Made by a program: the position numbers and the translations under genes. Shown piece after piece: positions 20,082 through 29,320 of a stretch of 54,040 bases of DNA (position 1 is its first letter; each line of letters opens with the position of its first letter). This DNA is from an uncultured bacterium (GTDB lineage Bacteria; Eisenbacteria; RBG-16-71-46): NCBI GenBank assembly GCA_964655175.1, contig CAZZLY010000007.1, positions 6,463-60,502 on the forward strand, in the 5' to 3' direction. The notes under the pieces were generated by a model that was not told where the DNA came from, ran no database searches, and was given only the letters and a program-made list of their open reading frames with translations.

Positions 20082-21046
20082 GTCGCTCCCGGCCGCCGCG
20101 CCGCGTCACCGTCGAGGCGTGCGCCAAGCTCAACCTGGGGCTCGCGGTGGGTCCGCGGCGCGCGGACGGCTATCACGACCTCGTGACCGTGTTCCAGTCC
20201 GTGTCGCTGCGCGACACGCTGCAGGGCGAACGCACCGCGCGCGGGTTCACGTTGCGCGTGCGTCACGAGGACGTCGCGATGCGTGGCGGACGCGTCGGCA
20301 CCGATCGCGCGCGCGTGCCCGTGGGGCCGGACAATCTGGTGCTGCGTGCCGCGCGACTCGTGCACGAGCGGCTCGCGTTGCCCGGTGGCGCGCGCTTCAC
20401 GCTCGTGAAGCGCATCCCGACGCAGGCCGGCATGGGGGGCGGAAGCGCCGATGCCGCGGCGGCGATCGACGTCGTGCTGCGATTGCACGGCCGTCGGGTG
20501 CCGCGCGCGACCCGACTCGCGTGGGCGCTCGAACTGGGATCCGACGTGCCGTTCGCGTGCCTCGGGGGCACCGCACTCGGGCTCGGTCGTGGCGAGCGCT
20601 TGAAATCACTTCGACTTACAGAGCCGTTCCGGGCACTTGTCGCAATGCCGGCGTGGCGTGTGTCCACCGCGGATGCATTCAAGCGGCACCACTTGAACAG
20701 AATCCGCTTGACTCCATGGAGGGACCACCTCAGATTCGCGTCGTCCCTCGGCCGCCGACGACTGCCTGCGTCGGCGTTGCTGCGTCGGGGCAATCGTTTC
20801 GAAGCACTTCTCGGGAAGCATCGGCGCGACTTCGAGTCGCTGTGCGCGCGTCTGCGTGCAGCGGGATTGCAGGAACCACGCTTGACGGGAAGCGGTTCCG
20901 CGGTGTTCGCGATCGTGCCGCGTGGTGGTTCGGTCCGGGGGATCGCAGCACGCTTCAAGGGCGACGAGCCTCTCTACGAGGTGCGTTCGACCGCGAAGGG
21001 TGTGCGGCTCCTCCATCCACGTCGTCTGGACGAAACCCAGGGATAG
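20078..21046 (+). CDS. ispE: 4-diphosphocytidyl-2C-methyl-D-erythritol kinase
   Basis: AKLNLGL, DGYHDL.TVFQSV, NLVLRAA, KRIP..AGMGGGSADAAA, LGSDVPF, GRGE and LTGSGSAVF motifs. Confidence 0.93.
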   Translation: MSRSRPPRRVTVEACAKLNLGLAVGPRRADGYHDLVTVFQSVSLRDTLQGERTARGFTLRVRHEDVAMRGGRVGTDRARVPVGPDNLVLRAARLVHERLALPGGARFTLVKRIPTQAGMGGGSADAAAAIDVVLRLHGRRVPRATRLAWALELGSDVPFACLGGTALGLGRGERLKSLRLTEPFRALVAMPAWRVSTADAFKRHHLNRIRLTPWRDHLRFASSLGRRRLPASALLRRGNRFEALLGKHRRDFESLCARLRAAGLQEPRLTGSGSAVFAIVPRGGSVRGIAARFKGDEPLYEVRSTAKGVRLLHPRRLDETQG

Positions 21047-21145
21047 GGTCGCTCGTTCGGACGGCCTCACGCACGACCGGCATCCGTGAGGGTGTCGCAC
21101 GCGAGTCCATCGCCCCCCAGCGGTCGGCTCCGAGGTGGGAATCTC

Positions 21146-21448
21146 ATGGTCGAGATCACCGAGGTCCGCGTCTCCCTGCGGAACGACGAGAAGCTGAAGG
21201 CGTTCGTGAGCATCACCCTGAACGATTCGTTCGTGATCCGCGGGCTCAAGGTCATCCGCGGCAACACGGGCCTGTTCGTGGCCATGCCGAGCCGCAAGCG
21301 TCCCGACGGGCAGCATCAGGACCTCGCGCACCCGATCAATGACGCTGCGCGTAAGTACTTGACGGACAAGGTGATGGCCGAGTACGAGCGCGAGTTGGCG
21401 AACCCCTCGGCGCACAGCCGCGCCCACGAGGAGCAGCACGCCTACTGA
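21146..21448 (+). CDS. spoVG: SpoVG family nucleic-acid-binding protein
   Basis: EITEVRV..LKAFVSIT..FVI.GLKVI.G..GLFVAMPSRK..D.AHPIN. GAGGTGG RBS. Confidence 0.95.
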   Translation: MVEITEVRVSLRNDEKLKAFVSITLNDSFVIRGLKVIRGNTGLFVAMPSRKRPDGQHQDLAHPINDAARKYLTDKVMAEYERELANPSAHSRAHEEQHAY

Positions 21449-21562
21449 CGTGCCCGCGGCCCCGCGGGTGCCCCCACCCGCGGCGGGCCCGCCCCGTGCG
21501 GCCGTGATCCCGCCGGCCCGGGGCCCGCTTCGGTCGAGCCCAACTCCCGAAGCGACCGGAGG

Positions 21563-21592
21563 TTGACGCCTCCGCCCGGCGACCGCTATCCT
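21563..21592 (+). promoter_or_regulatory. Putative sigma70 promoter for tRNA-Gln/prs
   Basis: TTGACG-N18-TATCCT followed by a GC-rich discriminator. Confidence 0.55.
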
Positions 21593-21691
21593 GCCCGCCG
21601 CAGTTCCCTCTATGCAGCACTCTGGGCCAGCAGCTTTCACCCCGTCCCGTCGTTCCGATGGGCGGTCCGTGACGGAATCCCCGTTCGTTGG

Positions 21692-21766
21692 TGGGGCGTG
21701 GCCAAGCGGTAAGGCACGAGACTTTGGCTCTCGCATCCGGAGGTTCGAATCCTCCCGCCCCAGCCA
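21692..21766 (+). tRNA. tRNA-Gln (anticodon TTG)
   Basis: Acceptor stem TGGGGCG/CGCCCCA, D-loop with AAGCGGTAAGG, anticodon arm CGAGA-CTTTGGC-TCTCG, GGTTCGAATCC T-arm and encoded CCA. Typical ispE-tRNA-Gln-prs location. Confidence 0.97.
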
Positions 21767-21773
21767 CACTTGG

Positions 21774-21810
21774 CACCGGGGCCGGGGATCCGGCCCCGGT
21801 GACTGCTTTT
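21774..21810 (+). terminator. Hairpin with weak U-tract after tRNA-Gln
   Basis: Perfect 12-bp stem CACCGGGGCCGG-GGAT-CCGGCCCCGGTG followed by ACTGCTTTT. Confidence 0.6.
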
Positions 21811-21937
21811 CCCGTGACATCCAGGGTTCCCGGTCCGCCCGTGCGGTCCGTGTCCCGCCATGCGCCCAACACACCGGCTCGGGGGTCAGCCGCTCCCGCG
21901 TCCGGATCTGCAGTGTCCGTCCATCCGGAGGTCGGAG

Positions 21938-22870
21938 TTGGATCCGTTCCGCATCTTCTCGGGTTCCGCGAGCCAGCGACTCACCCAGGCGATCTGTGAC
22001 CGCCTCAAGGTGCCGGTCGGCGACGTCGTCGTGTCGCGTTTCGAGGATGGCGAGGTCTCGGTCCGCTTCAACGAGAACATCCGCGGCAGCGACGTGTTCA
22101 TCGTGCAGTCCACGAACGCGCCGGCGGACAACCTCATGGAACTGATGGTCATGCTCGACGCCGCCAAGCGCGCGTCGGCGCGACGCGTCACCGCGGTGCT
22201 GCCGTACTTCGGCTACGCCCGTCAGGATCGCAAGGACCAGCCGCGCGCGCCGATCACGGCCAAGCTCGTCGCCAACGTGATCACGGTCGCGGGCGCCGAT
22301 CGCGCGCTCACGATGGACCTGCACAGCGCGCAGATCCAGGGCTTCTTCGACATCCCGCTCGACCACCTGTACTCGGCCCCGGTGCTGATCGAGCACTTCA
22401 CCAAGCTGCAGATCCCGAACCTCGTCGTCGTCGCGCCGGACATCGGCAGCGTCAAGATGGCGCGCGCCTACGCCAAGCGGCTCGGCGCCGACCTCGCGCT
22501 CGTGGACAAGCGCCGGCCCAAGGCCGACAAGGTCGAGGTCATGAACATCATCGGCGACGTCGAGGGGAAGAACGCCGTGATGTTCGACGACGTGGTGACC
22601 ACCGCCCGCACGCTGTGCCAGGCGGCGGCCGCCATCCGCGCGCGCGGTGCGCGCGACATCTACGCCGGTGTCACGCACGGCGTGTTCTGTCCCGGGGCCT
22701 TCGAGCGCATCGCGGAGTCGCCCATCAAGGAGGTCGTGGTCACGGACACCGTGAACCACGAGCCCGGGTCGCTGCCCCCGAAGGTCCGGGAGCTCACCGT
22801 GGCGGGGCTGCTCGGCGAGGCCGTGCAGCGCATCCACGAGGAGCGCTCGCTCAGTTCGTTGTTCGTCTGA
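21938..22870 (+). CDS. prs: Ribose-phosphate pyrophosphokinase
   Basis: FEDGEV.V...ENIRG.DVF, PYFGYARQDRK, DLHSAQIQGFF, APDIG, DKRR and FDDVVTTA.TL motifs. GGAGG RBS with TTG start. Confidence 0.96.
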   Translation: MDPFRIFSGSASQRLTQAICDRLKVPVGDVVVSRFEDGEVSVRFNENIRGSDVFIVQSTNAPADNLMELMVMLDAAKRASARRVTAVLPYFGYARQDRKDQPRAPITAKLVANVITVAGADRALTMDLHSAQIQGFFDIPLDHLYSAPVLIEHFTKLQIPNLVVVAPDIGSVKMARAYAKRLGADLALVDKRRPKADKVEVMNIIGDVEGKNAVMFDDVVTTARTLCQAAAAIRARGARDIYAGVTHGVFCPGAFERIAESPIKEVVVTDTVNHEPGSLPPKVRELTVAGLLGEAVQRIHEERSLSSLFV

Positions 22871-22949
22871 TCCGCCCACGGGCGCGCTGGGCGCGCCCCG
22901 GGCCGTTGCTGTACGTCACCCGCAGTCGCAGGCACACCAGGAGGGCATC

Positions 22950-23609
22950 ATGGCAGTCATCCAGTTGAAGGGTTCGGCCCGTGAGGATCTCGGCAAGGGT
23001 GGAGCGCGCAAGGCGCGTGCCGCCGGTCAGATCCCGGGCGTCATCTACGGTCGCGGCACCACGCCGCAGGCGGTCGCGGTGGACGGTCGTGAGTTCGAGA
23101 CCGCGCTGCGCAGCCACAAGGGCGCCAATGCGATCGTGAACCTGAACGTCGCGGGCAAGGACGTCACCGCGCTCATCCGCGACGTCCAGTACGATCCGCT
23201 CTCGCGCGCGATCATGCACCTCGACTTCCAGCACATCTCGCTCACCGAGCAGATCGAGGTCGAGGTCCCGGTGCACTTCGTGGGTGTCCCGTTCGGCGTC
23301 AAGGACGCCGGCGGCATCCTCGAGCACCTCGTCCGCACGCTCGAGGTCAAGTGTCTGCCGACCGCGATCCCGACGCGCATCGACGTCGATGTCACCGCGC
23401 TCAACGTCGGCGAGAACCTCCACGTGCGCGACCTCAAGGTCGAGGGCTTCACGATCGTCACCGACGGTGACGTGACGGTGGCCGCGGTCGTCGCGCCGGC
23501 GGCGGAGGAGGCCCCGAAGGCGGAAGGTGCCGCCGAGCCCGAGGTCGTGGGCGCGAAGGGCAAGAAGGACGCCGAGGGCGGCGACGCCAAGGACGCGAAG
23601 AAGAAGTAA
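22950..23609 (+). CDS. rplY: 50S ribosomal protein L25/Ctc (long form)
   Basis: GKG.ARK.R..G.IPGVIYG, HLDF, GVKDAGGIL and EPEVV..KGK motifs. Confidence 0.96.
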   Translation: MAVIQLKGSAREDLGKGGARKARAAGQIPGVIYGRGTTPQAVAVDGREFETALRSHKGANAIVNLNVAGKDVTALIRDVQYDPLSRAIMHLDFQHISLTEQIEVEVPVHFVGVPFGVKDAGGILEHLVRTLEVKCLPTAIPTRIDVDVTALNVGENLHVRDLKVEGFTIVTDGDVTVAAVVAPAAEEAPKAEGAAEPEVVGAKGKKDAEGGDAKDAKKK

Positions 23610-23615
23610 CCGGCC

Positions 23616-24200
23616 GTGCATCTCGTCGTGGGGCTCGGCAATCCGGGCGAGCGATACGCACGCACGCGACACAACATCGCGTGGTGGGTGCTCGACCGGC
23701 TGGCGGACCTGCACGGAGCCTGCGAGGGCCCGGGCGACACGACGTACCGCGTGCGACGCGTTCGCATCGCGGGTCACGAGGTGGATCTGCTGCAACCGCT
23801 CACGTACATGAACGCGAGCGGCGAGGCGGTGAGCGCGTGGCGGGCACGGAACGGGCAGGAATCCGGGTTGCTGGTGGTGAGTGACGACGTCTATCTGCCG
23901 TTGGGATCCATGCGCGTGCGCGCGAGCGGATCGAGCGGTGGACACCGGGGACTCGAGAGCATCGAGGCGGCGGTGGGGGGGCGGGACTACGCCCGGCTCC
24001 GCATCGGCGTCGGCGCGGCGGACAGTGCGGCCGCGCTCAAGCAGCACGTGTTGGACGAGTTCGCACCGGAGGAATCGCCGGTGCTCGACGACGTGGTCCG
24101 CCGAGCGGCGGACTGCACGGTGGTGTGGGTGACCGAGGGCGCACTCGGCGCCATGAATCGCTTCAATCGCAGGGTGCGCCAAGAGGAGACGGAACAGTGA
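23616..24200 (+). CDS. pth: Peptidyl-tRNA hydrolase
   Basis: GLGNPG.RY..TRHN, P.TYMNASG, DD..LP.G..R and GGHRGL.SI...RLRIGVG motifs. Confidence 0.95.
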   Translation: MHLVVGLGNPGERYARTRHNIAWWVLDRLADLHGACEGPGDTTYRVRRVRIAGHEVDLLQPLTYMNASGEAVSAWRARNGQESGLLVVSDDVYLPLGSMRVRASGSSGGHRGLESIEAAVGGRDYARLRIGVGAADSAAALKQHVLDEFAPEESPVLDDVVRRAADCTVVWVTEGALGAMNRFNRRVRQEETEQ

Positions 24201-24553
24201 CCACCAAGTACGAGACGGTCTACATCCTCGAGCCGAGCTACGACGAGGTGAAGGCCCAGGAGTTCTGCGACAAGGTGACCGGCTGGATGAAGGACCTCGG
24301 AGCCGAGGTCGTCGAGATCCAGAAGTGGGGCAAGCGCCGGCTGGCCTACGAGGTCCGCAAGCGTCGCGACGGCGTCTACACGATGATCGTGTGGAACGGC
24401 GGCGGCCCCATGGTCAAGGAGATCGAGCGGCGCATCGCCCTCGAGGAGGACGTCATGCGCGTCCTCACGACGGTCCACGTTCCGCCGGAGCTGTGGCAGG
24501 GCGTGCCGGAGGCCGAGGCGGCTGCGGCGGGTGACGATTCCGACCGCGACTGA
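24197..24553 (+). CDS. rpsF: 30S ribosomal protein S6
   Basis: YETVYIL.P and WGKRRLAYEV.K..G.Y motifs. GAGGAG RBS. GTGA overlap with pth. Confidence 0.95.
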   Translation: MTTKYETVYILEPSYDEVKAQEFCDKVTGWMKDLGAEVVEIQKWGKRRLAYEVRKRRDGVYTMIVWNGGGPMVKEIERRIALEEDVMRVLTTVHVPPELWQGVPEAEAAAAGDDSDRD

Positions 24554-24584
24554 GTGAAGCGTCACGACCCCCGGGGAGCGCGCC

Positions 24585-24974
24585 ATGAGTGAGCTCAGGC
24601 TTCCGGAACTCAATCGGATCGTCCTGTCCGGACGACTGACGCGGGATCCGGACAAGCGCCACGCCTCGGACGGCACGGCGATCACGACGATGCCGTTGGC
24701 GTTCCACCGCCGCTATCGCACCCGCGAGGGGGCGACGGCGGAGACGACGGGTTACGTGACGGTGATGTGCTACCAGCGACTCGCGGAGGTCTGCGCGCAG
24801 TACCTGCGCCAGGGCAGCCCGGTGCTGGTGGAGGGACGGTTACAGATGCGGGAGTGGAAGACGTCGCGGGGCGAGAAGCGTCAGAGTCTCGAGATCCGCG
24901 CCGAGTCGGTCCACTTCCTCGAGAAGGCCGCGGGGCCGGAAGGTGCCGCGACCACCGAGGATCCAACCTCATAA
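24585..24974 (+). CDS. ssb: Single-stranded DNA-binding protein (short, no acidic PF tip; possibly PriB-like)
   Basis: [14 protein letters not shown] and [16 protein letters not shown] motifs. Located between rpsF and rpsR. Confidence 0.85.
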   Translation: MSELRLPELNRIVLSGRLTRDPDKRHASDGTAITTMPLAFHRRYRTREGATAETTGYVTVMCYQRLAEVCAQYLRQGSPVLVEGRLQMREWKTSRGEKRQSLEIRAESVHFLEKAAGPEGAATTEDPTS

Positions 24975-24990
24975 GAAGGAGTCGTTCGCG

Positions 24991-25233
24991 ATGGCGAAGG
25001 ACCGTGAAGGTAAGGGCGTCAAGAAGAAGTACTGCAAGCTGTGCCTCGAGAAGGTCGCGTTCGTCGACTACAAGGACGAGAAGCGCCTCGGCCGGTTCGT
25101 GACGGATCGCGGCAAGATCGTGCCGCGTCGCGTCTCGGGTTCGTGCGCGATGCACCAGAAGCAGCTGACCACCGCGATCAAGCGCGCCCGCGTGCTCGCG
25201 CTGGTGCCGTTCACCAGTGACCTCTATCGCTGA
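24991..25233 (+). CDS. rpsR: 30S ribosomal protein S18 (Zn-binding C+ type)
   Basis: CKLC...DYKD...GKIVPRR.SG.CA.HQ..L..AIKRAR..AL.PF. Confidence 0.96.
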   Translation: MAKDREGKGVKKKYCKLCLEKVAFVDYKDEKRLGRFVTDRGKIVPRRVSGSCAMHQKQLTTAIKRARVLALVPFTSDLYR

Positions 25234-26230
25234 GACCCGCCGTCCGGCATCGGCTGCGCCGATGCTGCGGATGGTGCTCCTGCTCGTCGGGCTCGCGCTC
25301 GGCACGCTGTTCACCCCGTGGCCCTGGGCCGCGTTGTGGTGGGCGGTGCCGGTCGTGGTCGCCGCGTCACTGCTCCTCGCCTGGCGCTTCGGTGCCGTGG
25401 CGTGGACGCTGACCGGCGTCCTGCTGGGGGTGGCCGCCATGGCGGTCCTGCTCCCGGACACGGGCCTGCGACTCTGGCACGTCGTGTGGTTGCCGCTCGC
25501 GGCGATCACCGGGACGTGGATGGGGTCGCGCGAGGAGGGCGGGGGTCCCTCGCGGGGCGAGCGCGCGTGGATGCACGCGCCGCTGCTCCTCGGGGCGTTC
25601 CTCATGCCGGTGCTGCCGGGACTCCACGACGCCCTTGTGCGTTTCGAGGCCCGGGCCCGTGCCGAGGAGCGGCAGGTGCTCGAACTCACGCAGGGCTCGG
25701 CGTCGTCCGAGGGGCTGCGCCAGATGATCCAGGAGTCGACCAAGGTCCCCGCTGCGGACCGCGTCAAGACGCTCGCGATGATGCTCCCGCATCTCGCGTT
25801 CCTGGGGCTCGTGGTGCTCGTGGCCGCCGGACGATCGCTCGCGGGGCAACTCGCGGGACTCCGCGGTTGGCCGCGGTTGTCGAGTGCGCCGTGGTCGAGT
25901 TGGCGGTTGCCGGATGCGGCGCTCGTCCCGCTGCTCGTGGGGCTCGCGCTGTGGTTGCTCACCTTCGGTCGAACGGGCCTCGCGGCCGCGTGGTACCCGG
26001 GTGCCGTGTTCCTGCTGGTGCAGGCGTTGCTGGGCTATAGTGTGCAGGGGATCGCGGTCGGTCGCACGCTCCTCTCCGCGCACAACGCCCGTCCCATCAC
26101 GATGTTCCTGATCCTGTTGGTGTTCCTCATCACCATGCCGGTCTGCCTCATCACGCTGGCCCTCATCGGGCTGTCGGACGTGTGGCTGGATCACCGGCGA
26201 CTCGAGCCGTCCCCGCGCGGGGAGGCCTAG
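25217..26230 (+). CDS. DUF2232/YybS-like membrane protein
   Basis: Multi-TM protein with W.LP, QGIAV and IGLSD.WLD.R motifs. Conserved rpsR-rplI position. The start may be ATG 25262. Confidence 0.75.
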   Translation: MTSIAETRRPASAAPMLRMVLLLVGLALGTLFTPWPWAALWWAVPVVVAASLLLAWRFGAVAWTLTGVLLGVAAMAVLLPDTGLRLWHVVWLPLAAITGTWMGSREEGGGPSRGERAWMHAPLLLGAFLMPVLPGLHDALVRFEARARAEERQVLELTQGSASSEGLRQMIQESTKVPAADRVKTLAMMLPHLAFLGLVVLVAAGRSLAGQLAGLRGWPRLSSAPWSSWRLPDAALVPLLVGLALWLLTFGRTGLAAAWYPGAVFLLVQALLGYSVQGIAVGRTLLSAHNARPITMFLILLVFLITMPVCLITLALIGLSDVWLDHRRLEPSPRGEA

Positions 26231-26239
26231 GAGAATCCG

Positions 26240-26683
26240 ATGGAAGTCATCCTGCTCGACGATCTCAAGGGCGTGGGCCAGAAGGGCGCCACCGTCAACG
26301 TGAAGCCCGGCTTCGCGCGCAACTTCCTGCTGCCGCGTCGTCTCGCCATCCCGACCGGCACGAAGGCCGCGAACCTGTACCAGGAGCTCGCCCGTCAGAA
26401 GGCCGCTCAGGACGAGAAGCTGGTCGCCGCCGCCAAGATCGAGGCCGCCAAGGTCGACGGTCTGCAGGTCAACATCACGGCGCAGGCCAACGAGGAGGAC
26501 ACCCTGTTCGGCTCGATCACGAACGTGGACGTCGCCGATGCGCTCAAGGCCGCCGGTCACGACGTGGATCGCCGTCGCATCGAGATGCCGGAGCACATCA
26601 AGCAGCTCGGCAACTACGACGTGCAGGTGAAGTACTTCGGCGGCGTCACCGCGACCGTGAAGGTCTGGGTGGTGCGCGCATGA
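26240..26683 (+). CDS. rplI: 50S ribosomal protein L9
   Basis: MEVILL.D...G..G..VNVKPGFARNFLLP, LFGSIT and IKQLG motifs. Confidence 0.97.
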   Translation: MEVILLDDLKGVGQKGATVNVKPGFARNFLLPRRLAIPTGTKAANLYQELARQKAAQDEKLVAAAKIEAAKVDGLQVNITAQANEEDTLFGSITNVDVADALKAAGHDVDRRRIEMPEHIKQLGNYDVQVKYFGGVTATVKVWVVRA

Positions 26684-27954
26684 AGCGGCTCGGCCTCCTC
26701 GCGTGCGTGATGCTGGCCGCGCTGGCGGCCGGGGTGGTCGTGGCGGCGCCTCCCAAGGCGGCCACGGCCCGCAGGACCGCCGCGAAGCCCGCGGCGGCGG
26801 TGGTCAACGACTCGGATCGCGTGCTCGTCCGGATCGGTTCCGACGTCATCACGCCGCGCATGCTCGCGGCGCGGCTCCAGGAACTGCCCGAGCAGTACCG
26901 TCCGCAGTACTCGACGCCGGAGGGCAAGCGTCAGCTGCTCGACCGGCTCATCGAGGAGAAGGCCTGGATGCGTGACGCCGAGGCCAACGGCGTCACGAAG
27001 CGTCCCGACGTGATCCTGCAGCTCGAGGCGCAGCGTCGCGACCTCATCCTGCGCACGTGGGTCCAGGAGGTCATGGCCAAGAACCCGGCGCCGAGCGACT
27101 CCGAGGCCACGGCCTACTACCAGGCCCACCTCGACGAGTGGCGCACGCCGGGCACGGTCACGATGCGGCACATCCAGCTCAAGTCCGAGGCCGACGCGCG
27201 TCGGGTGCTCGCACTCGCCCGCACCAAGGGGCAGGACTGGGATCGTCTCGCCAAGACGTGGTCGCAGGACACGCTCACCCGCAACGCGGGCGGCGCACTG
27301 GGCACGACCACCCGCGAGGGTGGCTTCGCGAGCCTCGGCGCGCAGCCGGCACTGGCGGAGTCGGCCATGGCGTTGGGCAACGGCGCCATCGGCGGGCCGT
27401 ACCGCACCGACCGGGGCTGGCACGTGATCAAGGTGGACGCCGTCCGTGAGGAGTCGGTGCGCGACTTCGAGCAGGTGCGCAGCTTCATCACGCGCCAGCT
27501 GCAGCAGGAGCGCACGCAGCGCTACTACCAGGATCAGGTCGAGGCGGTGAAGCAGCGCCACCGCGTCGTGTCGGACTCGAGCGCGGTGGATCGCTGGTTG
27601 TCGGCCCGCAAGTCGGCGCGCGAGCTGTTCCAGGAGGCCCAGGCGATCGCCGATGCGCCGTCGCGCATCGACGCCTACCGCCGCATCGTGGACGAGTACC
27701 CCGATGCCGACGTGACGCCGCAGGCGCTGTTCATGGTGGGCTTCATCCAGTCCGAGGAGTTGCGCGACTTCGATGCGGCCGAGCGCGTGTTCCGCGAGCT
27801 GCTGCAGAAGTACCCGTCGTCCGAGCTGGCGACCTCGGCGCAGTGGATGGTCGAGCACATGCGCACCGAGACCGTGCCGGACTTCATGCACGGGGACAGC
27901 ACCGCCACGGGTTCCAAGAAGCCCGCGCCGAAGGGATCCGGCGGCAAGCCGTGA
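26680..27954 (+). CDS. Exported PpiC/parvulin-type peptidylprolyl isomerase with C-terminal TPR-like domain
   Basis: Signal peptide. RHIQL...LAK.WS.D...GG.LG...GP..T..GWHVIKV parvulin pattern, then YP......ALFMVGFI..EEL...A...F..L..KYP.S (TPR-like). Confidence 0.82.
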   Translation: MKRLGLLACVMLAALAAGVVVAAPPKAATARRTAAKPAAAVVNDSDRVLVRIGSDVITPRMLAARLQELPEQYRPQYSTPEGKRQLLDRLIEEKAWMRDAEANGVTKRPDVILQLEAQRRDLILRTWVQEVMAKNPAPSDSEATAYYQAHLDEWRTPGTVTMRHIQLKSEADARRVLALARTKGQDWDRLAKTWSQDTLTRNAGGALGTTTREGGFASLGAQPALAESAMALGNGAIGGPYRTDRGWHVIKVDAVREESVRDFEQVRSFITRQLQQERTQRYYQDQVEAVKQRHRVVSDSSAVDRWLSARKSARELFQEAQAIADAPSRIDAYRRIVDEYPDADVTPQALFMVGFIQSEELRDFDAAERVFRELLQKYPSSELATSAQWMVEHMRTETVPDFMHGDSTATGSKKPAPKGSGGKP

Positions 27955-28496
27955 CGCTCGTCGAGGTCCGCATCCACGGACTGGGGACCGAGCCCAAGAC
28001 GCAGCAGCACGTGGTGCTGCTGCGCGAGGTGGACGGCCCGCGCGTGCTGCCGATCTTCGTGGGTCCGTTCGAGGCGCAGGCGATCGCGCGCATGCTCAAG
28101 CAGGAGCCGTTCCCGCGCCCGCTCACGCACGATCTGCTCGCGTTGATCGTCGAGGGTCTCAAGGCGCGCGTGGCGCGCGTGGTGATCGCCGAGTTGCGCG
28201 ACGCCACGTACCACGCGGCGCTCATCCTGGAGCGCGGCGGCGACGAGGTCGTGTCGATCGATGCGCGCCCGAGCGACTCGATCGCGGTGGCGCTGCGCAC
28301 CGGCGCGCCGTTGCTGGTGAACGCGGACCTGCTGCACACGCCGAGCGAGGCGACCACGGAGGCTGACGCGTCGGCGGAGCCCGGCGCGCCCGCGGGACCG
28401 CCCGCTGCGCCGCTCACCGACGAGCAGAAGGCCGAGCAGCTGCGGCGCTACCTCGAGAACCTGGGCCCCGAGGACTTCGGTCGCTTCTCGATGTGA
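27951..28496 (+). CDS. Bifunctional nuclease family protein (DUF151)
   Basis: LPIFVG.FEAQAI, PRPLTHDL and DARPSDSIA.ALR motifs. Confidence 0.92.
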   Translation: MTLVEVRIHGLGTEPKTQQHVVLLREVDGPRVLPIFVGPFEAQAIARMLKQEPFPRPLTHDLLALIVEGLKARVARVVIAELRDATYHAALILERGGDEVVSIDARPSDSIAVALRTGAPLLVNADLLHTPSEATTEADASAEPGAPAGPPAAPLTDEQKAEQLRRYLENLGPEDFGRFSM

Positions 28497-28544
28497 GGCT
28501 GCGACGGGCGTGGCCGTGCGGCCCGCTCACGCGACGCGTGCGCC

Positions 28545-29237
28545 TCAATAGAGCGTGAACGCGATCCGGAACGCCGCCCAGACCTCGTGCACGCGGTCGT
28601 TCACGCGGTACGGGCGGTAACGGCACTCGAGGATCGCCTTGGCCGCCGCCGATTCGAGCAGCGGTTCGCGCGAGCCGCCGACGACCTGCACCTGTCGCAC
28701 CATCCCCAGCGTGTCCACCAGCGCCACGAGTTCGACGGTCCCCTGGATGTCGCGCTCGCGCGCCTCCTCGGGGTAGGTGGGGCGCACGAGGCGCTCGATG
28801 ACCAGTTCCTCCGAGCGCACGAGCGGGCCCTCGCGCGCGAGCATGCGGGCGCGTGCGAGCAGATCGCGTTCGGCGTCGCCCGGACCGTCGGGCGTGCGAT
28901 CCTCGACGACCGGTTGGGCGTTCGGATGCGTCGAGCGGTCGCGCAGCGTGCGCCGACCCTTGCGCGCCTCGGTGGTCAGATAGGTGATCGCGTACAGCCC
29001 CTGCGCATCACGGTGCGCGAGTTCCTCGAGTCGGATGCGCTCGACCCACTGGTGCGGGCCCTCGAATCCGAAACGCTCGGGGCGGGCGAGGTCGGATTCC
29101 GCCACGCGGCGACCGGCGAGCACGAGCGCGAGCGCCGAGAGCAGGCTCACGGCCGCGAGCGAGGCCGCGAGTCGTCGCCGATGCGCGCCGAGTTCGCCGA
29201 GGTACTCGAGGATGCCGTGGGTGAGCGGGTGGGCCAT
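28545..29237 (-). CDS. TonB family energy transducer (N-terminal TM plus TonB C-terminal domain)
   Basis: PTYPEEARERDIQGTV...VD..G.V....L..AA..A....Y.P...F.L pattern and one TM helix. Confidence 0.8.
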   Translation of the reverse strand: MAHPLTHGILEYLGELGAHRRRLAASLAAVSLLSALALVLAGRRVAESDLARPERFGFEGPHQWVERIRLEELAHRDAQGLYAITYLTTEARKGRRTLRDRSTHPNAQPVVEDRTPDGPGDAERDLLARARMLAREGPLVRSEELVIERLVRPTYPEEARERDIQGTVELVALVDTLGMVRQVQVVGGSREPLLESAAAKAILECRYRPYRVNDRVHEVWAAFRIAFTLY

Positions 29238-29320
29238 CGGGTTTCCGCGGGGCGGCCGGTCGGGAAGCGTGCGGCGAGGGACGCACGGCGGTGGAGGTGA
29301 GGACGGGCCCGGACGACGGC

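Noticed and set aside
21692-21766. tRNA as an integration site for a genomic island
   Set aside because: Flanked by the conserved ispE/spoVG and prs genes. No integrase or duplicated tRNA 3' end was seen.
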